This document shows, piece by piece, positions 1 through 22,585 of a stretch of DNA of 64,000 bases. A program made the translations under genes and the position numbers. This DNA is from Chrysomallon squamiferum (lineage: Eukaryota; Animalia; Mollusca): contig CM022670.1 of NCBI GenBank assembly GCA_012295275.1, positions 6,510,001 to 6,574,000 on the forward strand. The letters are read 5' to 3'. Under the pieces are notes generated by a model, which saw only the letters and a program-made list of their open reading frames with translations, was not told the origin of the DNA and did not search any database. The first letter of the stretch is position 1. Each line of letters starts with the position of its first letter.

Positions 1-529
1 TCATTATTACTATTATTATTACTACTACCACTGCTGCTACTACTACGACTACTACTACTATGATTGTTATTATTATAGTCAATGTCACTGCTGTTTATCA
101 TCAAAATTATGACAGTGTAATGGATGTTAGCATCATTATTATGTCATCTGCGTCAGAGCGTATCTAAATCATAGCGTCATTTTACTAAATAATTCTCTCC
201 CTTTCAATTTTTTTTTTTTTTTTTTTTTTTTTAATTTTCAAAAATAAATAAATAAATTTTAAAACTCGGTTTACCGAAACTCTAGCTCAGTTAGCAAGCA
301 AGTCTTGTAATGTTAACAAAAGAATGCCGAGAAGCATTTCTTGCATTCTTTTAATTTCTTCCCTTTTCTTTAATTTCTTCAACTGTGAACGCAATAACAA
401 ATCTAAGTATCTAAAATAACCGAGCCGTTTAATAACATAAATATATAATAAACTTACCCAAATTACGAAATCCACGTGAAAGATGTTTAGCTCCGGCTAC
501 TTTCTCATGCTAACATTATCTCCAATAAA

Positions 530-710
530 ACACCAAACTGTCGGCATCTGAAATGTTATAAATCGCACACAGGCACTGATCGATCCAGTTAAACACCTGT
601 GGTTAATCCGCCGCCATCCGCCAATCAAATGGCTGCTAGGCGACAGTTAGCCCCACCCATTCACGATCAGTTACGATGTTGGTCGTCTGACGCAGAGCAG
701 TGCGATCATT
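530..710. promoter_or_regulatory. Promoter-like CpG-rich element
   Basis: TATAAA 557-562, CCAATCA ~621, AAATGGC ~627, CCCCACCC ~651; direction ambiguous. Confidence 0.45.
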
Positions 711-1514
711 TTCGTTTTCGTTCTCTTTGAATGTGATACGTGTGTATACAATAGAGAGTTAGACACACAGAGATACAGATATGTGGATGGACAGACATAT
801 AGACAGACAAACAGATAGATGGCTGATGAATGGATGGATAGTGGATGGATGGCAGATACACAGACAGACAAATAGATAGATGGATGGACAGACAAGCAGA
901 CAGATATGTAGACTGACAAACAGACTTAGCGACAGTAAGACAAAGATACATTTATATTCAGATGCCTGTTAGAAAGCTGAAATATGGATGTCAAACTAAT
1001 TTTATTTTATAGATTTCAGATACTGTACAGACAGACTAATTGATCTGAACAATGGTGACTTAAACATTAACTGTTTGCTCTGTTTACGTCTTTCAGTTTG
1101 TGAATATTCTGGTTTTGATAGCATTCTTTTGACAAGGGTTGTGTTGTTATTGTGAGGTTGTTTTGTGTAGGTTTTTTAGGTGTTTTTTTTTTTGTTTTTG
1201 TTGTTGTTGCTGTTGTTAGTTTTGTTTTGTTTGTTTGTTGTGGGTTTTTGCAGCTCTTTGTTTTGTTTTGTTGTTTTTTATTGTTTTTTATTTGGAGGTT
1301 TTCGAGCCGGGAATATGATCCCATCACCTCTCCTTATTTTGTTTGCAGAATAAGCGTTGAACATAAGTTATTTTATATTGTACATATCTTTGTGTGTTTG
1401 TATCTTGGTGAGTGTGTTAAGATGGGTATTTATATAAGTATGTGTGTCTGTGTGCGTGCAGGCTCACGTATGTGTCTGTGTATTTTTGCGTTTGTGCCTG
1501 TATGTATGTGTGTG

Positions 1515-1556
<42 letters not shown>

Positions 1557-1826
1557 AAGTGATCAATAGTTAAGTGGTTTATAATGAAAATCTGAATGGG
1601 TAGAATATGAATGGGTTTTATATTACTTAATACATTTTTATTTAATTGATTTGAATTGTTATTAGTCTAACTGGATTCTTCTTTATTTACAAGCTAAGTT
1701 TACAGGAAATACAAAATTACATATAGGATAACATCATAGCAGTGTACAGAGCAAATCTTATGTTTGCTAGATCAAGTTTTTGTTAGTTTGCTTTTTTCTC
1801 TCTCTATCTCTTTATTTTTATTTATT

Positions 1827-1948
1827 TACTATTACTACTACTACTAACACTACTACTACTACTACTACTACTACTACCACTACTACCACTACTCCAACTG
1901 CTACTACTACTATTACTACTATTACTATTACTATTATTACTATTATTA
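1827..1948. repeat. (ACT/ATT)n trinucleotide repeat
   Basis: Direct reading. Confidence 0.92.
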
Positions 1949-2677
1949 TCTCAATGTCAGTGGTTGTCGTTTTCTCAACTCAAACGTTGTCAACTTTGTG
2001 GCTAGTTCATTTCACAGTCACCGTGTATCAAGGAATGTCATTTCAGCTGATTACTAATTACACAGAAGTGACCGTCTTCCAGGCTGGGTGTGGTTTATGA
2101 GATGTCCTAATGCAGGTCTTCAAGCCTCTCCCTACACTCACGCCAGCAGTAAGTCATGGAAAATGGCGGCGATAAATACCTAATTACCTGGGACGTGTTG
2201 TCACGCTGGTTTATTGCCGTATCGGTCTGTTTTCAACACTGTCATGAATAAAAATCAAATAAATTCTGTCTCCGGGGTTACCTGATAGGTGAAAGGTGTG
2301 ATAAGGGTTACCTGCAGAGGGGTCAGATTTTTGATACTGTATTGGATGGTTTGTGTTTCCCAGCGGGATGTACTGTCCTGTTAGTTTGTTGAGGAGATGC
2401 AAAACTGACAGCCCCTCGTAAACAAGCCTACGCAGGGTTCTATTAATTTTGAAATAAATCAGATTAATAACGAGATAAATTTTCTCTTTAATATGGCGCC
2501 CTTGACAACCATGATTACTCGACAGCAGACGACACTTGGATGGAAACAAAAAAAAACAAAGACTCGGATGGTTTATGGGTACAAGGCTGCAGTGATATTT
2601 TAGTTCTTTTTTTGGAAACATCTGTTCAAGAAAGGTCATGCCTGGTGAATCACTGATTACATAGCAGAATAATAACA

Positions 2678-2712
<35 letters not shown>

Positions 2713-2985
2713 TGAATATTTTCACAAAATTAAATTCTTAGAACTAAAACTGTATGCATTTATTTGATGCAAACTATAGCTTAGTTATTATCTCTCTTTA
2801 GAGAAATAATATGTTTATTTCTTTTTATCTAATTATCATCACCATCATCATCGTCGTCGACATTCTCATCATCAATATCATCATCATCATTATTATTATG
2901 TTCATTAAAAAGCACATCCCAAAATCTTTGTTTTAATGTTTTCCCGTTCCTGCTATGCCTCACGAATATTTGTCAAAATGAATAA

Positions 2986-3375
2986 TACGTGGATGCTGTT
3001 CTGTGCCAATGTGTTTAATCCCCATGGATGACAGAAGCCGGTTTCTCCGAGTCGAATGTTTATTATCTAAAACAACATTTGTTCGTTAAAGAAACAGTCA
3101 TTAACTAATCTTACAAAAAAACAGTACACGTAATACAGTACGTGTATCGGAATCGCAGTTGAAACAAAAGATGTAAAAGATCTCAAACGTATAATCAGAT
3201 AGTGAAATCGGAATGTTTCCTAATTCGGTTTTAACGACGTGTAGCCGGATCGTCTTGCACTTTTATCACTTCACTGGTAACCAGTCGATGTTACACGTAA
3301 AGAGATAATAGGTTTACGTACGAGGACCAGACTAATTGTACTTCAGAGGTTAATTTAATTAAAACGAAGTACGTG
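2986..3375. promoter_or_regulatory. Cluster of TACGTG/ACGTG elements (HRE/bHLH-PAS type)
   Basis: TACGTG at 2986, 3139 and 3370; CACGTA at 3127 and 3294; GACGTG at 3236. Confidence 0.5.
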
Positions 3376-4394
3376 TCAACAGTAGCGTAGTCAAATACCT
3401 GGTTTCCGTTTTTTGAAACTCTAAAATCGCATATAAATTTTCTTGATTTTATTCATGTTCTAAATGATATTTCGAAAGTCAATAAAGGTTTATTTCGTAC
3501 AAATTTGACTTTTGGTTTTGTTGATTTAATTTGTAGTTGATTACGATTTTTATTCTTTTCTCGATCTAAAAAGAAGTCGCAGCTTTTCTGACAATATTAT
3601 TCTAAGAAAGGGAAGTGTTTGAACGAATAATCCCAGCTTTGAAGGTTGTGCAACACTGATGGCATCTGTCTAAAAGATCACGCATCATGAACTATTAATC
3701 AGCAGACGCTAACAAAGACGAAACACCTTTAATGATTTGACTCGAAGTGACAGTCTAGATACACAAACAGAAATCACAGTTCTTTTGGTTTCCAAACATT
3801 TGTGTCATTTTATTGTTCTTTATCCCCTGTTCAAAAGAGACTCGATTAAAACTAGCTAACTGCTCGCTTCACAGAGTACAGCTTGAAATAACAGATCTTG
3901 GCTGTCCTTGTGTTTTGTCTTAGCCGTTCAAAGCGGTGTCTGCGGGTGAAGTAGACTTCTTTGTCGCTAACCCGGATCATCTCTCTGCTCGCCACTCGAC
4001 CATACGGTGCTGGTGGGTTTCTTTATTCCTGGTCGTCCCCTGTTAAATCCACTTGACGTGTTCCACTTCACGTTATTTCTGAATCGAAATGCGACGCCAG
4101 AGGCGAGTGTGGGGAACGACGGGGTTAACGAAAACAGTCTAGTTAGATTAAACCTCCCCTGTCTGCCGATTTCAGATAGTGTGTCCACGACAGGCGTGCA
4201 TGAAGTTTTCTTATACAATTTTAAAGCAAGCTAAATATTATTCGCATTCATTCATAAATCGCCCGAGTATAACCGTATCTTTCTCATTCACTGTTTTAAA
4301 GTTTGTAACTAATGTTATTTCTATTTCTCAAGCATATTGTATTTTTTCTTACTTTTTTATTTTTGATATTAAATGTGTCATATAATTTGTATAT

Positions 4395-4660
4395 AGTACT
4401 TTAAAAGTTCATATAAAGTTTACATAGTACTTTGTACAAAACTTTATAGGAAGTTTACATAAAGTTTATGTAGTACTTTGTACAAACGTTTAATAGAGTT
4501 TATAGGAAGTTTACACAAAGTTTAGAGTTTATAGAAAGTTTACAAAAAAATTAGGTAGTACTCTGTACAAAAGTTCTTAGACAATTTATAGGAAGTTTAT
4601 ACAAAGTTAATGTAGTACTTTGTACAAAAGTTGAGAGTTTATAGGAAGTTTACACAGTTT
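4395..4660. repeat. Degenerate ~45-bp minisatellite
   Basis: Repeated tagtactttgtacaaa and tttataggaagtttac blocks. Confidence 0.8.
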
Positions 4661-5025
4661 ACAGAGAGAGAGAGAGAGAGAGGAAAAAACTGAATAAAAA
4701 TAAAAACAATTGAGCACTCAACATAACAAATAAAACAAACAAAATAAAACAAAGAGAAGTTTTATATTTTAATAAAGAAACAATATTCACAAGAGATGAA
4801 AACCTTTCTTTTTTACAAAGAACTTTTAAGAATTGAAATGATGTATACAATCATCACTACATAAAAATTATATGTACAAACTTATGTACACAGCTAGTAA
4901 GTAGTCTAAAACTGTCTCTAGATATACAGAAAGAGTTGTACAGAAACATACACATGTACATACTGAGATGACTGTTAATCAGAATCAATATACCTAGATA
5001 TAATGTAACATATGTATATGTATAT

Positions 5026-5066
<41 letters not shown>

Positions 5067-5080
5067 TAATACATACATGC

Positions 5081-5113
<33 letters not shown>

Positions 5114-5959
5114 CATATACATACATACATAATACATACATACATACATACATATATATATATAATCTTACATATACAATAGTAATCTTATCTAGATATA
5201 TGAATTTTGATATATATCTAGGTATTCAGTAATAAATATATCTAAATAGTGGATACATCATTTTAATTTCTCTCACCTGCACGCATGCACGCACAAACAC
5301 ACACACACACAGATGCATATTACATACATACATACACATATACATCATATTCATACACACATACATACATACATACATATACACACATACATTGATAAAC
5401 ATGCTAGGTCTATAACAATGGTGTTATCTGCTATTAATATATACATATTATGTATGAAATTATACAGCATGTAAAAAGTTAATATTAAACTATACATAAT
5501 GTGTACCTATGTATCTGTGTGCATGTATATATATTAAAGTAAATTCATTGTAAATTGCTTCTCTTGGAACAACATGCATATTTTGTTCTGTAACAGGAAT
5601 ACCCTGCCTTTGATAACTTAATGACAAAGTTCTTCATCACAATAAACAATGCATGTTTTATGCATTCTGATGTTTGCATATTCGAACAAAGATTGTAAAA
5701 AAGTAATTAAAATACCTGACTTCTGAACAAAAGTGATGATCATCATCATTATGAAAATATGAACGATTTTTTTTTTTTTTTTTTTTTTTTATCAAAGTTT
5801 TATTTGTAGGTTCTGTTCATGGTCATGAAATGATGTAATCTATTATGAAATTTTGACAAGGTTTCTATTAATGCAATTTCATGGTCAGCACCACACCATT
5901 CACCACATGTAATTTCCAGCACTGAAATGCTGAATCAAAGTTTATTCACTAACAACTCT

Positions 5960-6400
5960 AATGAACTGTAAACAGATCTGCTGAACACACAGGTGCTGTT
6001 GTTGGTACTAAAACACCTGATTACAGCAGCTAAACACCAATAATTGCTAAACATCTTGATAAACCTATAATTGTTTTATACCCAGATGAACCTGTAAATG
6101 GTAAACTCTAAGATAAACCTACTGCCAGTCCTCATGAAGATACTGGCAGAAAATATATGTAACTGTAGGTGTTAAATATCCACTATTAAAGTAAGCATCA
6201 AAATGCATCACATGTTAGTAAATATCAAGATGCACCGACAGGTTGTAAACATCGGGATATACCTTTGGATGGTAAATGTCAGGATACACCTTCTGGTGAT
6301 AAATATGTGGATGCACATAAAGATGGTAAACACTGTATGCACCTAAACTGCTAAAGGTGGTAAACATTAAATGCTACTGGTGGTAAACTAAGAGTTACTG
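5960..6400. repeat. Old degenerate ~30-bp tandem repeat
   Basis: Recurring ggtaaa(c/t)at...gat(a/g)cacct units. Confidence 0.5.
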
Positions 6401-6640
6401 CACATTTAACAATAAATTTCATTAAGAAATATTAACACACAGAATTACAGTACAAATTTCTCGTTATTGTAGTCTGTATTATTATTATTATGATTATCAG
6501 TGTGTATATATTTGCTTGACAAAAGAGTAACACTACAAATTAACTATGAATAATTTCTGATTTGTCTAACTCAGCACCAGTATGTTTCAATATGGAGTAG
6601 TTAAATAATATCTTTGGTTAATCACACACTCACACACAAA

Positions 6641-6671
<31 letters not shown>

Positions 6672-6979
6672 AACACACACACACACACACACACAGTCTG
6701 TTTGGTGTGTGAAATATAGAAAAGGGGTAGATGTGTATTAGATTCTTGTATATTATTGCATGTGTAAAACATTTGGTTAAGGTTTTCATATATAAACACT
6801 GCAAAAGAAAGTAATAGTTTTAAAAAAGGAAGATAAAGAAAAGATGAAAGAAAAATTCTATTTCAGCTACTAGTAAAAACGGATTCCTGATAATCACAAT
6901 TTGAAGTAAATTCTTGCAGTTTTATCTTGTCATCTCTTACATCTGTAACAACAGTCTCTTGATGTAATCAAACATTAGG

Positions 6980-7521
6980 TTACCTGGGTGTCAACATAGG
7001 TAAACATGACACAAGTGACAATTAGAATGGGTAAACCTGGCACAGGTGAACGTAAACATGTCTAACCAGACACAAGTTACTGTAAACTTGGGTAAACCTG
7101 TACTGGTGAATGTAAACATGGGTAAACCTGGTACAGGTGAATGTAAACATATGTAACAGGTATATGTGTATGTAAACATTGATTAACCTGGTATATGTGG
7201 ATGTAAACCTGGGTAAACCTGGTGTGAGTGGATGTAAACCTGGGTAAACCTGGTGTGAGTGGATGTAAACCTGGGTAAACCTGGTGTGAGTGGATGTAAA
7301 CATGGGTAAACATGGTGTGAGTGGATGTAAACATGGATTAACCTGGTATATGTGGATGTAAACATGGGTAAACCTGGTGTGAGTGGATGTAAACCAGGGT
7401 AAACCTGGTGTGAGTGTATGTAAACATGGTGTGAGTGGATGTAAACATGGGTAAACCTGGTGTGAGTGGATGTAAACATGGGTAAACCTGGTGTGAGTGG
7501 ATGTAAACATAGGTAAACCTG
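6980..7521. repeat. 31-bp minisatellite downstream of the RECQL5 stop
   Basis: Unit atgtaaac(a/c)tgggtaaacctggtgtgagtgg, ~17 units, degenerating leftwards. Confidence 0.93.
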
Positions 7522-7701
7522 ACAAGGATGTTTACTCTTACCATATATTCAAATTTAAGATGACTTTTCTGATAACAGTTGTTAATGCCCAGAATGAATA
7601 TAAAAGATTCAAGAAATGTTTTAAATATGGAGCAAGCCACAGTCTCTGACATACACACAGTGATCTGCTGGACAAAGAATTTACATCAACTGGTCAGTTG
7701 G

Positions 7702-17510
<9,809 letters not shown>

Positions 17511-18329
17511 AACAAAACATTGATTTTTGACGTGTAATAGATACCTCCTCAAATAGAAGAGTTAGGAATTGTCTCCCTTTAACTATTTCGAGGTCTTTAT
17601 ATCCAGTTAGCAAGCATTTTCAAACTTGACGATTATTTGAATTTATTATTTAATAAGTTCTGCTTTTGTTTGCTTTTGAAAATATTTTGCCTAAATATAA
17701 ATAAGTACATAAAATTAATTAGTTTTAGTTACACCTTTAAGTTGATGAAGATTTTAACATTAATAACACAGTTATATACAAAATTAAATGGTAGGCTTAT
17801 TCTTTATTTGTCATCATTCATACCACAAATAAATTACTACTAGCGTTATTAATTAGATAAAAAAAAAAAAAAAAAAAAAAAATCTATTTAACACATTACA
17901 AATAGTTCACAGCATGAACAGAGCTGAACAAAGTAAAATAATTAAACAATAATAAAATAATTAAGTGTCAGTTCAAAACTTATACTGAATTAAAGGTAAT
18001 CGTATAGAAATAAAAAATTAAATTAAAAATTATTGCGAAATTTTAAAATATATTTTATCAGGAAAAATAACAATAAATAAATTAATTAATTAATTTGATT
18101 AGATTAAATTAGTTATAGGAAAATAATGTACTAAAATGAATTCAAGTTTACTAGGTGTCTTCCCACTTGATCAGAAAATATTTTCAGTAGGTATTACAAT
18201 ATTATTAAATCAAGTGGGAATTATGTAATGAGCTACTACACTATGTGGGTAATCGGGAAAGTTGATTTCAAAATTCGTAAGGGATTCCAAGACAATACTA
18301 TATAATAAGTTATGTAGGTAATCGCTTGG

Positions 18330-18545
18330 AGTCTTTCTGCAATGGCGCCCAGCCATACAATGCTCAGCCTGGTATAGGAGGACGAGTGGGAGGGCCTTGG
18401 CTCTAGTTGCAAATGTACGGAACGTCACATGTTGTTTGTACTGCAGTCAGACCAATATGGAGTTTGGAAAAGCATCCCTGTACCTGGACCCCTCGCACAC
18501 TTCCGTTGTAGCTTTGGCGAAAGCTTTATCAAAGTTCACTGGAAA
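18330..18545 (-). mobile_element. Decayed Mutator-like (MULE) transposase fragment
   Basis: Frameshifted minus-strand pieces read NFDKAFAKATTEV / GVQVQGCF / IGLT / QYKQHVTFRTFATRAKALPLV, matching the animal MULE pattern DFEKA...EVF...VQGCFFH...LGL...Y...ALP (recognised by eye). Confidence 0.65.
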
Positions 18546-18646
18546 ATGGGGAAGAAAAAAAAACTAATCTTCTCCTTTATATCTTGTGAGTAAAATTTTA
18601 ATAAAACAACGTCTAATTCTGTGTTGCTGTATATCTTTGTATTGAT

Positions 18647-18649
<3 letters not shown>

Positions 18650-18722
<73 letters not shown>
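18650..18722. repeat. (GA)n microsatellite
   Basis: Pure GA run. Confidence 0.97.
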
Positions 18723-18723
<1 letters not shown>

Positions 18724-21414
18724 AAACTGGAAGCCAAAATAAAATTGTATTTGACTGACAAATTATAATCCTTACATCCTGTTACATTCTACAAAATCGA
18801 AATTGATCGTATTCGGAGACATCTGTCACAGCTAAACAGAATACATTTCCAATACATTGAAACCAAAACTGTGTAACAGCTAGGATTGGTTGCAACATGT
18901 CGGCTTTATATCAAGCACGCTCTGCAACAAGAACAAGGTGAAACACTGCGTTGGGAAGGGGGGGGGAGTACCTGCTACTATTAGCTAACCTCTGAAAACT
19001 GCATAACAGTATCTCATTTTAATCTAACACATTAGCAATTGTTTTTTTTTTACCAAGTCATAAACAAAATTTACTACACAGAATAATTATATAATAATTG
19101 GATATTACTGTTTAAAAACGGCTCATTTTTCTGTCTCACATGGCAAAGGTGAAGTTTAAAGATATCCATTTTCAATGTTTCCCGGGGAAAGGTATTTGTG
19201 TAATTCTTACTGGTTATTAATGATTTTATATAAACCGTGTACCCCCTAGAGAACGGCCCTGAAGGAATGGCATCTAGAATTAATTATACAGATGTTAAGG
19301 CATGCATTAAAGTAATAAAAATTTCAATCTGCAAATACTGATTGTCATTCAGAATCTGTCCTCAGACGGTAATCTCAAATAGCAAAACGTCTTGATTCAA
19401 GCAACAGGTGGGTGTACTTACCCTCTTTTTAGTTTTGTCTGTCGATATTTTCATCTTTTTACCTACCTATCCTGTGTTTATATTTTTTGTGCCTTTTCTT
19501 CTTTTCAGAATTAGGTATCTGTGGGTTTTTGTTTTTCTCTTTCCGTTTCTGTTTATATGTATTTTGTTCCCATCCTCTCACTCACATTTTCTTTTCTTTC
19601 TTTCTTTCTTTTTTTTTTTTTATATTTTTTTTTATATTTTTTTAAATTTCTATTATTTATTTTGCATACATCTTATCCGAGTCTAATTTTGAAAAATATC
19701 TTATGATATAAACTGTTCTGACAAAATACCACATGGATGGATTTAGTGAAATTTCTTTTTAAGAAATTTTTATGAATCTTCTTTGTTGTTCCTTGAAAAT
19801 TGTTTTTAAGACATAATACTGAGAATCCATTAATTTTTATATATAAAACGTGGACGTTAGAAGTGTGTGTCTGGATAAGGCTCTGCCATTTCTGCATCAA
19901 CTGAAAAAACAGCCGACTTCAGGAGTCGTGTCTTAACGGTATGTGCGAGTGTGCGTGTTCGTGTGTGTGCGTGCGTGCGTGTGCGTGTTCGTGTGTGTGC
20001 GTGCGTGCGTGTGCGTGCTTATTATTTATTTTTTTTTTATTTTTTCTGATGCGAGAGTATGCTGTGGCTGATTGTTATTTTATTCAGACATGAAATTAGG
20101 AAAACAATTTGATTTACATATTTAAAATGTTTATCAAATGCGTGAACCGCTATGTTGCTTTCTTTTGATTTTAATAATTAAAACAATTTTTAAAAAGCAG
20201 ATGATTTATTAAATTAAATAACTAATAATATAATAGCATAAAAAGACTTGTGTTAATTACTGAACGTTGATATGTATCATGAAGCAAATACGGAGCATGA
20301 ATCGGACTAATTTGTAAATGTACGCTTCCCCTTTCATTAATGATTCCCTTTTTTAAATTCATTTTAAAGTGACTTCTGCTACATAAATAATGCAAATGTC
20401 TACTTCTTATACTCCTCTTTATAATTATATCCATCAAATCATATTTTATTTTTTAAAGGCTTCTTCTTTACACTAATATGGAAATTTGTACTTCACATTC
20501 GCTTTGTTAGCTTAAAAACTTGAAGATACTGAGAACACATTTGTACAGTTACTTTCGACTGCTGGTAAGATTTAAGCTTAATGAGACAAAATTAGAAAAA
20601 AAAAAAAATAAAAGCAAAAAAAAAAAAAATGAAGAATAATGTTTATATGAATATGCTAATAAAGATGTACAATTTTAAACTGAATGGAGTAACAACAGAA
20701 TATGGCAAAACATTGTAAATTTATACAAAGTCTGAAAAGAGTGAAATACGATAAAATGATTTAAAGGACAAATGCCACGTGTCGCATAATATAATTAATT
20801 TTGAAACAATATAAAAATATAATATTAAAATACATTGAAAATAACACATAAAAATAAAATATTAAATACGTTTATATGAAAATAATATTACGTTTGTAAC
20901 AATAAAATAAATGTTTTGTTTGTAAGCAGACTACTAATAACTGAATACATTTTACCCATCTTTATTCATAACCTGTAAATTATTCATAGAGATATTTTAA
21001 AAGCAAACAAACAAAAACAAACCCTATCTTTTCCGTTTATTTTGCCAGTCATTCACTCTAATACACTGTATTATAAAGTAGTATCGTTAATTCCATTGGT
21101 TTATTAACAAATAATTATTTCTTGATCATAGTTATAACGTAACATAATACATATTTGAAGCATCTGTTAAATTTTTCGCACAAAACAAAAACATTTTAAA
21201 AGTGGTGATAGAAAAAAAGAAGAAAATAAATGAAATCGGCTATTAAAATTTCGATAAGAACACGATCGTTCCAGTTTTTGCGTACTGATGATGGAAATTG
21301 GTGGTATTGTTGGACAGAGTTACCTTCCCGTGCATAAATATACGCCCTCTACGAAACACCGCCTCTAACCAAAAGTTGCAGAGTGATGGAAATACAGGCA
21401 TGTTTTATTTTCAG

Positions 21415-21488
21415 TATTGTTCAAGCTTAGTGAGACATAACATGATTTTGCTGCTGATTTTGTATCTCTAATAATTCTGGAAGCTGTG
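21415..21488 (+). other. Probable non-coding 5'UTR exon of MGAT4
   Basis: ttttattttcag acceptor and consensus gtg|gtgagt donor. Further candidate UTR donors at 19408 (gtgggt) and 20565 (gtaaga). Confidence 0.5.
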
Positions 21489-21914
21489 GTGAGTAATCTA
21501 TAAATATGTTTTTAATTCAGTTTAAATGTATGTGTCCATATCCATAAAGATGATTAATAAAAAGACGGAACTTAAATAATCGACTGACCCAGAAGTGACA
21601 GCAGAAAACTCAACACCAAATTCCAGAATCCTCTGAACTGTGTTAATATCTTTTATTCTTTTTTCTTTTTTAAATAAAGATATCATAAATAGAAGTAACC
21701 GATATGTAGAGTAATGAAGAGATCAAATAATGGATCACATAAGAAGTTACGAGAATACATTTGTTTTCTGGGTTTGTGTTTCTCTCTTTCTGAGTCTCTC
21801 TGGAGATTCTGCTTCGGTATGGCTTGGCAGACATATGAGATACTGTCTTATCAGTTTGATATTTAATAACCGCAGAGTTAGTGTATCTATGGCTTAATAG
21901 CCTTAGATATCAGT

Positions 21915-22205
21915 AGAAAGTGAGGAATGAAAAACTATTTATTTAATGACATACTCAGTATAATTATTATTAATCTTAGGTTACATGTAATCATATAAGT
22001 GGTGAAGACTTTATAAATAATGAAAGAGGAATCCCTGCCATAACCATCTGACTATTAAACAAAATATATCATATAAATACGTTCTTATGGAAACTCGTAC
22101 ATCAGCTGTTGATAAATCCATTACAAAACATTAACTGGAGCACTGAAGTATTGGTCCTGCAGTCAATCAAGTCTGAGGACAGTGCTCAGCCACTGAGTGG
22201 TGTCC
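21915..22205 (-). mobile_element. Heavily decayed copy of the same SINE, opposite orientation
   Basis: ttttatttaatgacatactca...ggttacat...gaggaatccc is the reverse complement of the tail at 14500-14600; ccactgag...gtcc fits a tRNA-like head. Confidence 0.5.
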
Positions 22206-22549
22206 AGTACCAATACTAATGATTGGATTCAGCCATAAAATTGCTACATTTTTAATAACATAACGTTTATGTACAATGTATTTTCACAAATTTTAATTAC
22301 TATAATAATTTTATATTTTGAGATATTGAGTGCTTGTTTTGAAAGTAATATTTTTAATGCATGAAAATCAATATGCTAGAGTCAGATCTAGATAGTTTAG
22401 GGTGGAAAGTTCGAATACTAATGTTTGAAGACATTGTCATTAAACATATTGTTGTGCATTTTAAAAACAACTAAAAAATAGAGTCAAATGACTAAGTAGG
22501 CAAACATTTGTGAAGTCTCATCTTACTGCTGTGAAATATGGTTGATATA

Positions 22550-22585
<36 letters not shown>

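Noticed and set aside
3960-4220. Telomerase RNA (CTAACCC at 3967-3973, H-box-like AGATTA at 4145, ACA at ~4215)
   Set aside because: The template match is only 7 nt, and I found no convincing pseudoknot, P6.1 or CAB box. Kept only as a generic island.
5767-5805. Minus-strand AATAAA followed by an A-tract, suggesting a retrocopy tail
   Set aside because: Long A/T tracts are ubiquitous here, and no target-site duplication or retroposed ORF is visible. It may simply be near the RECQL5 3' end.
6980-7521. TGTTTACA as miR-30 seed sites
   Set aside because: miR-30 is a vertebrate family and this appears to be invertebrate DNA.
6991-7658. Overlapping His/Thr/Pro-rich ORFs
   Set aside because: By-products of the stop-free 31-bp minisatellite, open in all frames.
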